Below, one piece after another: positions 1-13,700 of a stretch of DNA of 64,000 nucleotides. The translations under genes were made by a program, and so were the position numbers. Positions within the stretch are counted from its first letter, which is position 1. Each line of letters begins with the position of its first letter. The DNA is from Lingula anatina (Eukaryota > Animalia > Brachiopoda): NCBI GenBank assembly GCA_051362555.1, contig CM120647.1:1426001-1490000 (forward strand), in the 5' to 3' direction. The notes under the pieces were generated by a model. It ran no database searches. It was not told the DNA's origin and saw only the letters and a program-made list of their open reading frames with translations.

Positions 1-257
1 TCGAATTGTACAAGGTGTTACGGAAAAACAGCTTTCTGAAAAAGTCAAAGATAAGAACATTTATACTTTTCAAAAGCACCTTCAATAATAATTCATATCT
101 TAGGTTGTCCATGGGTAAGACATTAAGATTATTACTGTGCCAATTTAAATGCTGAATACTGCCGCTGAGACTATAGAGTGGCCGCTACGTGGGGGAAGAG
201 GCTTCTCTCCGCCTTTGCTAATTGTGTGATAAGAGCATGGTTGAGAATGAGATTCAG
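1..257 (+). pseudogene. LINE ORF2 C-terminal fragment (RTEX/L2-like), degraded
   Basis: Translates with stops to LCQFKC*ILPLRL*SGRY...RLC*LCD...ENEI, the CxxC-EDExHF zinc-knuckle region at LINE ORF2 ends; homologues at 26324, 44117 and 54017. Confidence 0.7.
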
Positions 258-1340
258 TAGGCTTGTTAAGGACCAAAAATTGGCCAAACGCTGCATTTGT
301 AGTTCAAATGTCTAACTTGGCATGAATGTTTTTTGGGCAAAACAATTTTTTATCCAAAGAGACACGCTATATCGATGCATTTATTAGCATAAATTATGCA
401 AATTAGTTACCATCAATATTTGGCCTAAAACACGTATAGATCATCAAACCTGACTAAATTAGGGACAAGGAATCCATTTTTGATATTATGTAAGCAACTG
501 GCGGCCATTTTGTGCCTCAAATCCAAGATGGCGGATGGTAGCTTTGAGATGGACACCACCTGGAAAAAGAAAGAGAGGAAGGCCCAAGACCACCTGGCGC
601 CGAACAGTGATGGCAGAGCTGAGGGAGGGGGGCCTTACATGGGGACAGGCCCAGCACGTAGCCAGAGACAGGGCCAAATGGAAAGAAGTGACTGTGGCCT
701 TATGTTCCACATGGGACGAAGAGCACTGATGATGATGTTGATTTTTGAAGCGTTCGACCTACATATATGTTGTATATAGATTTCTACTATTTTGGAGGTG
801 CAAAAGTAATTTTCTATATTGTTTTGGTGATTGAAGTTGATTTGAAGGGGCTAAGAGGGTGTTTTAAGTGACTACCAAGTTATATATGTGTGAACGCTGC
901 AAAAGCATGGATGTTGATAACCTGTCTTCAATACTTCAGTGCAATTTTCTTTATAAACCAACGATATTGGACAAAATTATGAGCGAGAAACTCTTTTTTA
1001 CCATTATGAAGGCCATTGGTGGCCATTTTATCCCTGAAATCCAAGATGGCCGCCAAAAATCATTTTGAAATTGAGCATAATTCGCCATTTTGAAACTTTA
1101 TGTATTACGTCTTTGTAAATGAGAAGTACGCTGTTTTTTATTTTTTCTGGTGCAGAATACATTTTTATTATTATCTGCTTCATAAAATGTGAGCACAAAC
1201 TATTTTAAGCCTCCAAAATCAATATACATGGAGGCTTAATTAAGTTATCACACAGACTTTACGTCATGTAGTATAATTAGTACAAAATGTTTCATAACAT
1301 CTTAAAGACCTTGAAACAAGTGCATGAAACCAAAATGGCT
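258..1340. mobile_element. Left end of a long-TIR DNA transposon with TAG terminus (Academ-like); right end not found
   Basis: TAGGCTTGTTAAGG interrupts the LINE at GAGATTCA; its first ~80 bp are the reverse complement of 44500-44579; empty site at ~54420. End coordinate approximate. Confidence 0.5.
535..737 (+). mobile_element. 5'-truncated RTE-clade LINE 3' end
   Basis: ALRWTPPGKRKRGRPKTTWRRTV...ARDRAKWK...ALC is the typical RTE ORF C-terminus, followed by a (TGA)n tail; copy at 26858-27060. Confidence 0.85.
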
Positions 1341-1359
1341 TAATTAAAGGTAAAGAACA

Positions 1360-1524
1360 CTGGGGCAGACCCAGAGATATTTTCTGACAGTCTTCCAAAT
1401 TATCTTTATTGATCCATCCTCCATTTTTGACCGTCTTCCGACAGAAAAAATTAGATACCCGTCAATGTAAACTTGAAAATCTGACCGTCTAGAAGACCCA
1501 GAAGACAGCCAAAATCCGCCCCTG
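1360..1524. mobile_element. MITE of the CAGGGGCGGATCC TIR family, 5-bp TSD (possibly hAT5-like)
   Basis: CTGGGGCAGA...TCCGCCCCTG flanked by GAACA/GAACA; partial relatives at 12984, 27680 and 38412. Confidence 0.7.
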
Positions 1525-2689
1525 GAACACATACTTGGCGTTTTGGAGACAATAGAGGCTGTCCGGGTTCTCAACGAGAAGACCAAATTTCCCCGTGATT
1601 TTACGAGATCTGCCTTGAGGTGGGGTTAAAATATGGAGACCACAAGGAAGTAGAGCAGCGATTTCTTTACTTGAAAAATAGCTGAACTTACTCATTTTTT
1701 TAGCTACAGGCTTGTTCTTTTTTCACTTTATAAAGAAAAAGTATTGATATAATATGTACTTACAACTGACATGTTGAATTTGCCAAGCTAAGAGCCGATG
1801 ACGCTTGCAAAGCAAAATTCGCCCGGAGGACGTGCTACGCAGCAAAGGTCGCGTTAAACAGGCTACATCATCAGGAAAATGACATTAGTTACCATGCCCG
1901 TTGATACGCATGCCTTTTAGATGAAAGTGGCTAGGATTGAATGAGAATCGGACGGATGATGCCCCGGCAGCTTCCAATTATTCATGTGGCCAATGTTAAA
2001 CTTTGCCAGGTAAGGAAATATTTCTTAATTTATAATGAAGTGTATATCCCATCTCTGTTGATATATTACTGATGTATGATAGGTTTTGTCAGCTGATGTT
2101 TTTGAATCGATTTATTCACAAACTAAAAAAGGCCATCATTATCGCTTTTAGTTTGAAGTTCAATCTCTCAAAAAGCCAGTACTATAGTGCTATGCTTAGT
2201 ATCCGGCACGTCAAATTTGTTATTGTGAGTGAACATAAATTATTCATTTTTTTTTTCAGTGGGGATGCCATATAAAACATGATGTGGCTCTAGCATCCCC
2301 TTACGAAAATTTCCTATAGGATCCTATAGGATATCTTATAGGATCCTATAGGGCACCTTTCCTATAGGATTTCCTATAGGATCCTATAGGAAATTGTTGT
2401 AAGTTAAAATCTTTAGAAAAATACACATCAGTGGAATTGTCAATTAGATGTCACTGTTAAAGCAAAAATGCTTTTTATTGTTTATAATGCACAATCTTAT
2501 AGTCTTCTACAAAAATGCTTTTTATTGTTTATAATGCACAATCTTATAGTCTTCTATAGGATTCTATAGAAATTCTTTAATTATTTGATCATTTGTAAAG
2601 AAATCTTTTATGAAGAAATATTTTATCATTAGGAATTTTTTTGTACCAAATCATTGAAGCTGAAATTATTTTTTAAACTTTATGTTCAG

Positions 2690-3745
2690 ACCATTACAAA
2701 AATTCTTATAGGATCCTATAGGAAACCTTATAGGAATTTCTATAGGAACCTATAGGAAATCCTATGCTTATTCATATAGGAAATTTTTATAAGGCCGGGT
2801 TGAATGAAAAATAATGAATCTGGTCTAAATATCAGTATATAATTTTAATTTTTAATTTATGTTCACACCATTACAAAAATTCCTATCGGATCCTATAGGA
2901 AATCTTATAGGAATTTCTATAGGAACCTATAGGGAATCTTATAGGAATTTCTATTGGAACCTATAGGAAACCCTATGCTAATTCATATAAGGAATTTCTA
3001 TAAGGCCGGGTTGAATGAAAAATAATGAATCTGGTTTAAATATCAGTATATGATTTTGATTTTTAATTTATGTTCAGAATATTACAAAAATTCCTATAGG
3101 ATCCTATAGGAAATCTTATAGGAATTTCTATAGGAAATCCTATGCTAATTCATACAGGAATTTTTATAAGGGCGGGTTGAATGAAAAATAATGAATCTGG
3201 TTTAAATATCAGTATATGATTTTGATTTTTAATATATGTTCAGAACATTACAAAAATTCCTATATGATCCTATAGGAAATCTTATAGGAATTTCTATAGG
3301 AACCTATAGGAAATCCTATGCTAATTCATACAGGGAATTTTTATAAGGGCGGGTTGAATAAAAATAATGAATCTAGTCTAAATATTAGTATATAATTTTT
3401 ATTTTTTATTTATGTTCATATCATTACAAAAATTCCTATAGGATCCTATAGGAAATCTAATAGGAATTTCTATAGGAACGTATAGGAAATCCTATGCTAA
3501 TTCATATAGGGAATTTTTATAAGGCCAGGTTATATGAAAAATAATGAAACTGGTCTAAATATCAGTATATAATTTTTAATATATTTTCAGACCATTACAA
3601 AAATTCCTATAGGATCCTATAGGAAATCTTACAGGAATTTCTATAGGAACCAATAGGAAATCCTATGCTAATTCATATAGTGATTTTTTTATAAAGCCGG
3701 GTTGAATGAAAAATAATGAAACTGGTCTTAATATCAGTATAAAAT
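2690..3745. repeat. Internal tandem array, six units of ~166-212 bp
   Basis: Unit start CATTACAAAAATTCC recurs at ~2690, 2867, 3079, 3245, 3421 and 3592. Confidence 0.9.
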
Positions 3746-4403
3746 GTATTTTTACTTTTTGTGTAATCATATTCACTTACTTCATATTTCTTCTATTATA
3801 TTGAACGTCAAACTTATCTAATCGGATTTTACTTGACCTTGGCTGTTTTAAAAAGTGAAAGTGCAATCCTGCCTAATATATAAAATATAATGTAAAAGTA
3901 TAAGTGAACATTATGGGTATAGTACTGTCCCTCATAAAGGATGGGAAACGGGGACAAATTAAAATAATATAAAGATACATTTTATTATAAACCATGCTCA
4001 ATCACTTGTAGGGTTTAACAGTCAACTGATGTTAGCTAGAGAATGCCCTACTCCACCAGCCATAACCACAGATTCAACAACTGTGAATTTCTTTTGTTAG
4101 CCTGGCACCTATTATTAGGTCACTACTCCTGTAGCTATTGTTACACTAGTAACAGTAACCGCCTATTAGCTGTTATCAGGTGTGTGGTATCCTGTCTAAG
4201 TCTTTGTTTATATGAGACAAGCAGCTAATGAGTATACAACTATCAAGACAGTTTAAATTCAGGAGCATAGTGGAAGGGTACAGAGTGTAGAAAAATCGGA
4301 TTGAGGAAGGAATGTATTACAGAAATGCATTGGATCATTTGGGCTTCTAATCAAATTGAAAATGAGATGATTAATTGATCTAATTTGTAGTGTACCTTGT
4401 AAA

Positions 4404-4449
<46 letters not shown>

Positions 4450-5169
4450 TTAAACAAGTTATAATTTATAATGAAGATACAAGGATACATAATGCAATCA
4501 TTGTTTAGTCTCTTTATTTCTTATAAAACTGTGATCAATTGTTCATATTTCTTTAAATACAGTTGAATCTAAAAAAAATGACATTTCATTTAACTTTTGA
4601 TTTGTGATTTATTAAAAATTATCCACAACTGCCTCCAAGGGACCATCATGATATATAACTGAGGAAGACCCATGATAATAAATAACATACAATTAACATG
4701 TTAGAGGGGCTGTCAGGGCAAATTTCATTACCTCACACGTTCTTCAGGATCGTTTATTTGCCAAGTTTTCTTTCCCTTTAATTTCTTTTCAACCCTTTAT
4801 GTGAGGTAAACACCATAGTTTGTTTAAAAAAAAATTGCTAACCAATACATAATGGAAATGAAATGTGCATTGTGAAAATCTGACCATTTTGCTTACACAA
4901 AAGCTATAAATTTTAACTTGGGGATTGCTTTTTTGTGGTTTGGACTGATGATTTAGGTCAAGCAAAGACTTGTGAGAATAGGGAATTACTGTTTACCCTC
5001 GGAAATGAGTTTTCTTATAGTTTTTGGGACCTTTTTGGCCCTGGCAGCTCTGTAATGGCCGGATTGCATATTTAACCGGAGTAGAGTTTTCTCCACTGCG
5101 AATGTCTGCATTTTAAAATTCATTTCTGATTGTTCCTGTGGATTTGGTCCTATGAAATATGTTCGTGTT

Positions 5170-5173
<4 letters not shown>

Positions 5174-5240
<67 letters not shown>
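5174..5240. repeat. (TA)n microsatellite; others at ~4408, 24067, 41117 and 58820
   Basis: Direct reading. Confidence 0.95.
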
Positions 5241-5244
<4 letters not shown>

Positions 5245-7371
5245 TACAAATTATCCAGCTTTAATACCTTGTCTTTGAAAAAAATTCAGTAAACTAATAA
5301 AGGCTATGAATTGCTCAAAATAGAATTGGTGCAATGATAATGATTGATCTCATTAGAAAATTTTTCCTTCATCATTTTGCATTTTTGTAGACATATACAA
5401 TTAATTGAAATTCACAATGTCTATCTTTCAGAATACATCCGCAAATGGTTCAACACAACTCAGACGGAGGTTAAGAAGGCCATCACAGTAAAGTTGAACA
5501 ATGTGCAAAAGACTTATCACAGTAAAGTTGAACAATGTGCAAAAGACTTTTATCTGAAATTCTTCAATTATTAAGTGACTAAAGCAGTATGCTGACAATG
5601 GACACGGTCTGTCCAAGGGAGGTTTTAGCCACTCATTCTGGCAGGAGTTCGAACTCACACAAGAAAAAGACAGTGACGCCACAGCTTGACAAGACATATA
5701 GGATACTTGTGATAACTTATAGAACTTATAATTAAAAAGCAGTAGCAACACCATTAAATTTGCAAAAATCTATAAAACAATTCTCTAGTAAGCTGGTTGC
5801 ATACCATACTGTGGAATTTGTACATACATTTATACAAATTGAATAAAGAATGTAAACATGATATTCTCTTTTGTTTTGAGGGACCAGTGCCTATTACCAA
5901 TTTTGCCAAAGATCCAACAATATATAAAAAGCTGTAAAAATATTCAAAGCAGTTATTATGAACTTCTATAGGATCCTATAAGATTTCCTATAGGATCCTA
6001 TAAGATTGCCTATAGGATCCTATAGGATTTCCTATAAGATTTCCTATAGGATTTCCTATAGGATCCTATAGGAAACCTATAGGATCCTATAAGATTTCCT
6101 ATTGGATCCTATAAGATTTCCTATAGGATTTCCTATAGGATCCTATAAGATTTCCTATAGGATCCTATAGGAAATCCTATAGGAAATCTTATAGGATCCT
6201 ATAGGAAATCTTATAGGAAATCCTATAGGAAATTTTCGTAAGGGTCATATTGGACATACCCGGTAAAGGTGGCTGGATAACTTCACATGCAAACTCTGGG
6301 ATAAAGATGGATCACATTGCTTGGCAAATGTAAACCAGTCTAAATCGACTTGAATCCTCCAGCTGCAGGGATGGATTTTTGAAGATCAAATGCCTAAGTG
6401 TACATACAAGTTTAACAAACCTTGATTATATAACAGGGGCAGTATTGTTATTCATTTTGAATAGGAATGATGGACTTTCACAACTATATTTATTCACCTT
6501 TATGGCCTTTGCAGAGATTCATTTGCAACCTTTTTGTCACTTTATGGGAGTGGCATGAGTGTTTTGCTTTCAATGTTAACTTTAACTGCAATGCACCATA
6601 CATTAGCAATTCGCCATTGCGTTGCTCTATCTCAAATTACATGACAACGCCAAATTTTACTCAATGCAATCCTATAACATAGACTTGTGCCCGACCGTGA
6701 GAGAAGTTTCAATGGCAGATTTTAACCCCACCTCTCGTGAAATCTTGCTCCAATCCAGGTATCGTTTGACGTCATCTGCTGCACAGATGTTCAAAATAGG
6801 GTATCCCGGACATTCCCTATTGTAGCCATTCTGATCCTCAAAACCAAGATGGTCGCCTTTCACAATAGGAGTAAGGCATTATTCACCAATTTGCCGTGCA
6901 GAAACGCCATGTCGAACATATTTTGCTACAGTTACAAACATGGTACACTAGTGACTTGTTTTAGATTACTCAAGAACGGATGCATACGTGCGACACCTGA
7001 GGAAAAACAATCAAGTATGCAACTGATCTATTAATTGTAATCGCACAGTTCATGTAACTAGACCTTTGTCCTAACTCAGTAGTTAGGAATAGGATGCTTG
7101 GATAAAAAGCTTCTATTCCACTCGCTTAGACCTAGGGCGTGATGCTACTATTATCCGATGAAACACCTACACTGAACCCTCTACCTGAACCTGAAGTCTC
7201 TCTAGCTGAAACAAAAACTGCCCCTTGAACCTGTCCATTTTTTAATCGTCAAATGATTTGTGATTTCATTAAACATCTTTGATCGAAAGCTTTCAAGTGA
7301 CAATAACCAATCCGTGTGTTGGGTATTTATTAAAGCGTAATTAAGTTTATTCATCATGATCTATTTTGTAA

Positions 7372-10300
7372 CCCTTATGAAAATTTCCTATAGGATTTCC
7401 TATAAGATTTCCAATAGGATCCTATAAGATTTACTATAGGATTTCCTATAGGATCCTATAGGAATTTCTATAGGATCCTATAGGAAATTGTCCCTTTTTC
7501 CTATAGGATCCTATAGGAAATCTTATAGGAAATCCTATAGGAAATCTTATAGGAAATCCTATAGGATATAGAAATTCATATTAACTGCTTTTAATATTTT
7601 TACAGCTTTTTATATATTGTTGGATCTTTGGCAAAATTGGTAATAGGCACTGGTCCCTCAAAACAAAAGAGAATATCATGTTTACATTCTTTATTCAATA
7701 TGTATAAATGTATGTACATATTCCACAGTATTGTATGCAACCAGCTTACTAGACTTGTTGCATAGATTTTTGCAAATTTAATGGTGTTGCTACTGCTTTT
7801 TAATTATAAGTTCTATAAGTTATCACAAGTATCCAATATGTCTTGTCAAGCTGTGGCGTCACTGTCTTTTTCCTGTGTGAGTTCAAACTCCTGCCAGAAT
7901 AAGTGGCTAAAACCTCCCTTGCCCAGACCGTGTCTATTGTCAGCATACTGCTTTAGTCACTTAATAATTGAAGAATTTCAGATAAAAGTCTTTTGCACAT
8001 TGTTCAACTTTACTGTGATAGCCTTCTTAACCTCAGTCTGAGTTGTGTTGAACCATTTGCAGACGTATTCTGAAAGAAAGACATTGTGAATTTCAATTAA
8101 TTGTACATGTCTACAAAAATGCAAAATGATGAAGGAAAAATTTTCTAAGATCAATAATAATCATTGCACCAATTCTATTTTGAGCAATTCATAGCCTTTA
8201 TTAGTTAACTGATTTTTATTCAAAGACAAGGTATTAAAGCTGGATAATTTGTAAAAAAATATATATATAAAGAACATGAACATATTTCATAGGACCAAGC
8301 CCGCAGGAACAATCAGAAACGAATTTTAAAATTCAGAAATCCGCAGTGGAGAAAACTCTACTCTGGTTAAATATGCAATTGGGCCATTACAGAGCTGCCA
8401 GGGCCCAAAAAAGTCCCAAAAACTCATAGAAAACTCATTTCCGAGGGTAAACAGTAATTCCCTATTCTCACCAGTCTTTGCTTGACCTTAATCATCAGTC
8501 CAAACCACAAAAATTTCCATTATGTATAGGTTAGCAAAAAATATTTTAAAACAAACTATGGTGTTTACCTTACATTTAGGGTTGAAAAGAAATTAAAGGG
8601 AAAGAAAACTTGGCAGATAAACGACCCTGAAGAACATGTGAGGTAACGAAATTTGCCCTGACAGCCTCTCTAACATGTTAATTGTATGTTATTTATTAGC
8701 ATGGGTCTTTTTCAATTATATATCATGATGGTCCCTTGGAGGCAGTTGTGGATAACATTAAATAGATAATTTTTAATAAATCACAAACCAAAAGTTCAAT
8801 GAAATGTAAAGTTTTTTTAGATTCAACTGCATTTAAAGAAATATGAGCAATTGATATCACAGTTTTATAAGAAATAAAGAGACTAAGCAATGATTGCATT
8901 ATGTATCCTTGTTTCTTCATTATAAATTATAACTTGTTTAATGCAATATAGATATGATGTTTACAAGGTAAACTACAAATTAGGTCAAATAATTATCTCA
9001 TTTTCAATTTGATTAGATGCCCAAATGATCCAATGCATTACTGTAATACATACCTTCCTCAATCCGATTTTTCTACACTCTGTACCCTTCCACTATGCTC
9101 CTGAATTTAAACTGCTACAGGAGTAGTGACATAATAATAGATGCCAGGCTAACAAAAGAAATTCACAGTTGTTGAATCTGTGGTTATGGCTGGTGGAGTA
9201 GGGTATTCTCTAGCTAACATCAGTTGACTGTTAAACCTTACAAGTGATTGAGCATGGTTTATAATAAAATGTATCTTTATAAACATATTAATTTGTCCTC
9301 GTTTCCCATCCTTTATGAGGGACAGTACTATACCAATAATGTTCACTTATGCTTTTACATTATATTTTATATATAAGGCAGGATTGCACTTTCACTTTTT
9401 AAAACAGCCAAGGTCAGGTAAAATCTGATTAGATAAGGTTGACTTTCAATATAATAGAAGAAATATGAAGTGAATATGATCACACAAAAAGTAAAAATAC
9501 ATTATATACTGATTTTAGTACCAGTTTCATTATTTTTCATTCAACCCGGCTTTATAAAAAATCACTATATGAATTAGCATAGGATTTCCTATAGGTTCCT
9601 ATAGAAATTCCTATAAGATGTCCTATAGGATCCTATAGGAATTTTTGTAATGGTCTGAAAATATATTAAAAATTAAAATTATATACTGATATTTAGACCA
9701 GATTCATTATTTTTCATATCTTCCGTCCTTATAAAAATCCCCTATATGAATTAGCATAGGAGTTCTAATAGGTTCCTATAGAAATTCCTATAACACCCCA
9801 TTTCCATAGATTAGATCGACCTACTTTAGATCGAACTAACTCCCTGGGGGTTCACGCTAAATAGCTGTCAGCCGGGCGGACACGAAAGTTAATTACCCCC
9901 TTCCAGCTTGTAGTAGGCGGGACGGACATTTAAGTCGGATTATCTGAAAGTAATCTAGTGAGACTCCCCGCGGGGATAGATCGATCTAAAATCTATGGGA
10001 ATAGAGCCTAAGATTTCCTAAAGGATCCTATAGGAATTTTTGTAATGGTCTGAACATAAATTTAAAAAATAATTTCAGCTTCAATGATTTGGTACAAAAA
10101 CATTCCTAATGATAAAATATTTCTCCATAAAAGATTACTTTACAAATGATCAATTTTTCAAGATTTCTTTAAAATAGAAATTAAAGAATTGACCTATAAG
10201 ATTTCCTATAGGATCCTATAAGATTTCCTATAGGATCCTATAAGATTTCCTATAGGATCCTATAAGATTTCCTATAGGATCCTATAGGAATTTTTGTAAT

Positions 10301-10702
10301 GGTCTGAACATAAATTTAAAAAATAATTTCAGCTTCAATGATTTGGTAAAAAATCATTCCTAATGATAAAATATTTCTCCATAAAAGATTACTTTACAAA
10401 TGATCAATTTTTCAAGATTTCTTTAAAATAGAAATTAAAGAATTTCTATAGAATCCTATAGAAGACTATAAGATTGTGCATTACAAACAATAAAAAGCAT
10501 TTTTGCTTTAATAGTAATATATAATTGACAATTCAACTGATAAAATTGACCTATATCAAATATCTATTGTTTAGAATGATATTTGTTTATAAGTTATGTA
10601 TTTTTCTCAAGATTTTAACTTACAACAATTTCCTATAGGATCCTATAGGAAATCCTATAGGAAAGGTGCCCTATAGAATCCTATAGGACATTTTCGTAAG
10701 GG
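7372..10702 (-). mobile_element. Non-autonomous CMC/EnSpm-type element, copy B, inverted relative to copy A
   Basis: CCCTTATGAAAATTTCC...TTTTCGTAAGGG with TSD AA/AA; interior is the reverse complement of 2298-6244 (e.g. ORFs 5428-5754 minus and 7781-8041 plus). Confidence 0.85.
9794..10008. mobile_element. PIF/Harbinger-type MITE nested in copy B
   Basis: TAA/TAA TSD splitting a CCTATAAGATTTCC unit; imperfect TIR ATTTCCATAGAT...ATCTATGGGAAT; relatives at 51855-52073 and ~12045-12283. Confidence 0.8.
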
Positions 10703-13700
10703 AAACAATACTTGCCTAGATTGTGCGTGGATTGATCATCGTCACTGTTTACGTACTCGCCTGTAATGCGTGCTGAACGACAGACAACTTAAAAATATTA
10801 TCTGTGTTACTGTGTAAATGAAGACATTTAGTTAAAATATAATGAAGTCGGTGATTTAATCCATCCAACATATTTATATTTGTTCTTTTAAAACCAGTTT
10901 CAGGTTAACGCCAAATCAAAGAATGCCTTGCAGACTAGTTTTGTTTAAATTGTCGTAAATTAAGTAAAGCTAAGTAAACCCTGTTTCTATTTCACATTGT
11001 TCATCCCATCTATAAAACTACATGAGGGATAACAAGACTCTGTAACGAATTAAATTTCACAATGCCCTGTGATTCAGGTTTCCAGGAGTCCCGTGTAACA
11101 CAATATAATATCGAAGAGTATGGCCTGAGAGTAATACAAATATGAGGCCGTGTATGAAAGATTACACAAATAAGAATTAAATAAATTAGAAATTCAGGAA
11201 TTTAAACACGCTAGGTACATGCACATTACTTAATAAGTCATTTCACAAAAATCGCATCTAATTGCTTAGATAAACCTCTACTTTTATCGATCTCATCGCC
11301 TTGTCTCATCCACCTAAAAGAAACATAGTCAACATGAGGAAAAGTAACACGTTTACATGCAGGCGAAGGAGGTATACTTCAATATTAATTGCAAACAATA
11401 TCAACAGCGACTCAAGACCGTTGCCTGTCTTTCACACTTTTACACAAACACATGAAGGTTTAATAAAGGGAGTCGCGTCGCGACATCAAGATATCTTTTC
11501 TTCGAACAAGCAAATGGTTGACCCGAAGTAATCTTTCTAAACCAATTTCCTTTTTATTGTATATTGTAATTACTCCACTTGCTCGCCTCCATTGTCTTGT
11601 AAAAGTGACAAAGAATGTGTTGTATTCACACACTAGTTGAAAGAACTTTGCATAACTCCTTTGCCTTGTTGCATAATGTCTTTTTAAAGGTTATAATCAG
11701 TGTGAAGAGGGTGTCTTGCCTCACTTAAAAAGGGAGTTGTTCTTCATACTGGTTGTTGCTTAATTTATGCTAACCTATTTTGCTTCTTTTAATTTCGAAA
11801 TGAATTGCTTTTAAGTCAAAAGAGTCCCTTAGCCCTTTTAGGACTCACTGTCATTGTACAACATGTTGTAATCGATATTTAAAAAAATATATTTTTGTAC
11901 TATGCTTTTCAGTGTTCATCCTGGTGCTTTCATCGGGGATACCACAGGCTGAGGTTACAATTACGTCGCTCGCCTAAATCCATACGGTACTGGAACATAT
12001 TTAAGGTCCAGTACCGTAGCTTTGGAAAGTCCCTATTGTTACACACCATAGATACCTAATTTTGTCTTGAGTGAAAAAAAATTCTAAATTGCTGTCAACG
12101 TGACTGGCTTAAATGTCTGTCACGCCTAGTAAAGGTGTTACGGGCTAATTGCAGTATTTTACCCTCTAGCTTATTCGGTAGGCATGACAGACATTTAAAC
12201 CGGTTAGACATTTAGACCGGTGAGACTCCCCAGGGAGTTAGATCGATCCAGATGGATCAATCTAGGTATGGGAACCCAGTCTATGACTAAAAGAGAATAA
12301 GGAAAGTGACACTTATCACGTGTAGTAAGATAGTGGTGCATGGGATTTATCAGTATGTTATGACATGGTCCTGGTAAACTGTCGCAGGACTGAATTTATT
12401 CTTCCATTTTTTAGGGGGCAACCCAAACCAGTTAATGAGAGTCACTGGTGGTAATAGGAAGATGACAGAAATCTTGGAATGAAAATGAGAAAACTGAGAC
12501 TGAATAGCACCATTTGGTGACATCCTCACTCTTTTTTTTCAGTTTTTATATTGACAGAAATTGATTCTCTGTATAACTTTTTATAATGTTATAAGTTCTA
12601 GGTGGGATATGTTAAAAACTGTTGATAAAAGTATGCCAGTAGAGCTGTATTAATTTTGGAGGCAGATGCATAGACCTCTGTACGTCACTGTATTCAATAG
12701 GGAGGGCAATTAGACTTGGATGTGGGATAATTCACGGAGTTATGTGGCAAGGCATGTATGAAAAATTTTAGATGCTATTTAGGTTTTGAAGTGACCTATT
12801 GGTTTCTTAATGCTATACAATTCAAAAATAAAGGGAAACTGCCAAAATTATATATAGCTTAAAATGATGTGTTGTAAATTGCTGATTGAATTCTGTAGTG
12901 CAAATTGGTAAATGTGTAGAAAAATATTGTATCCGGGAAACACATCAACATCCGACTTTTGCTTAAATAATTTGGGCATGCTCTCCATCCTCCATTTTGA
13001 CCGTCCTCCGACAGAAAAAATTAGATACCGTCAATGTAAACTTGAAAATCTGACCGTCTTCCGGAAGACCCAGAAGACCCTGGCTCTAAAGCCGCCTTCC
13101 CAGGTACATTGTAATATACAAATACCCAGTTTGCTGGCTAAAAAAAGAACACAGTTTTTTGTTTTGACCACAGTGCTTCTACGGGCCTACAAATGCACCC
13201 GATAGCAATCACTTCAACAGCTGCGGGAGTAAGTTTGTGATATTTGCTTTTGTAAATCGACTTCCTCACCTTAAGTCCATTACACTGTAGGTCGTTTGGG
13301 AAAATACGTCTTGAATTGAAAATGCTATTCCATTTTTGCGAGTGAAAAATACCTATATTAGGAATGCAATAAACTAATTACAATAATTATAATTACTTCT
13401 GGTTCCGCCAACTTCATATTCCGTGCCATTGTGTTATAGTTTAAATTTAGAGACTGGACCCTTTTTCCTTTCAATGTTATTAGCTGACTAGCCAATACAA
13501 GCAGTCAAACTGACGGTTACTCTCTTGTGACCTTGGCCGTTATTATTTTACACAAAGCAAAGGAAAGCTTGGAGAGTGCTTATGGACATTTCAAATGTAT
13601 TAAAAATAATTAACGGACCCAAGGTGGAAGTACCAATAGATAGTTTCACAGTAATTTCATATTAACCAAGCCCATCCACGGTAGTTACATGAATGCAGAC

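Larger units (their letters stand above)
2298..6244 (+). mobile_element. Non-autonomous CMC/EnSpm-type DNA transposon rich in CCTATAGG repeats, copy A
   Basis: TIR CCCTTACGAAAATTTCCTATAGGA...TCCTATAGGAAATTTTCGTAAGGG, 2-bp TSD TC/TC, subterminal CCTATAGG arrays. Confidence 0.85.

Noticed and set aside
480-779. 99-aa ORF conserved at 26803
   Set aside because: Alternative frame across the RTE tail; conservation reflects the recent duplication only
5428-8041. Duplicated hydrophobic-start ORFs MVLLLLFNYKFY (5428-5754 minus, 7781-8041 plus) as secreted peptides
   Set aside because: Duplication is explained by the two element copies; C-termini are not conserved and the opposite strand has the better exon signal
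11983-12019. 12-bp-stem hairpin TACGGTACTGGA...TCCAGTACCGTA
   Set aside because: Probably a collapsed MITE remnant; no support for a terminator or RNA gene
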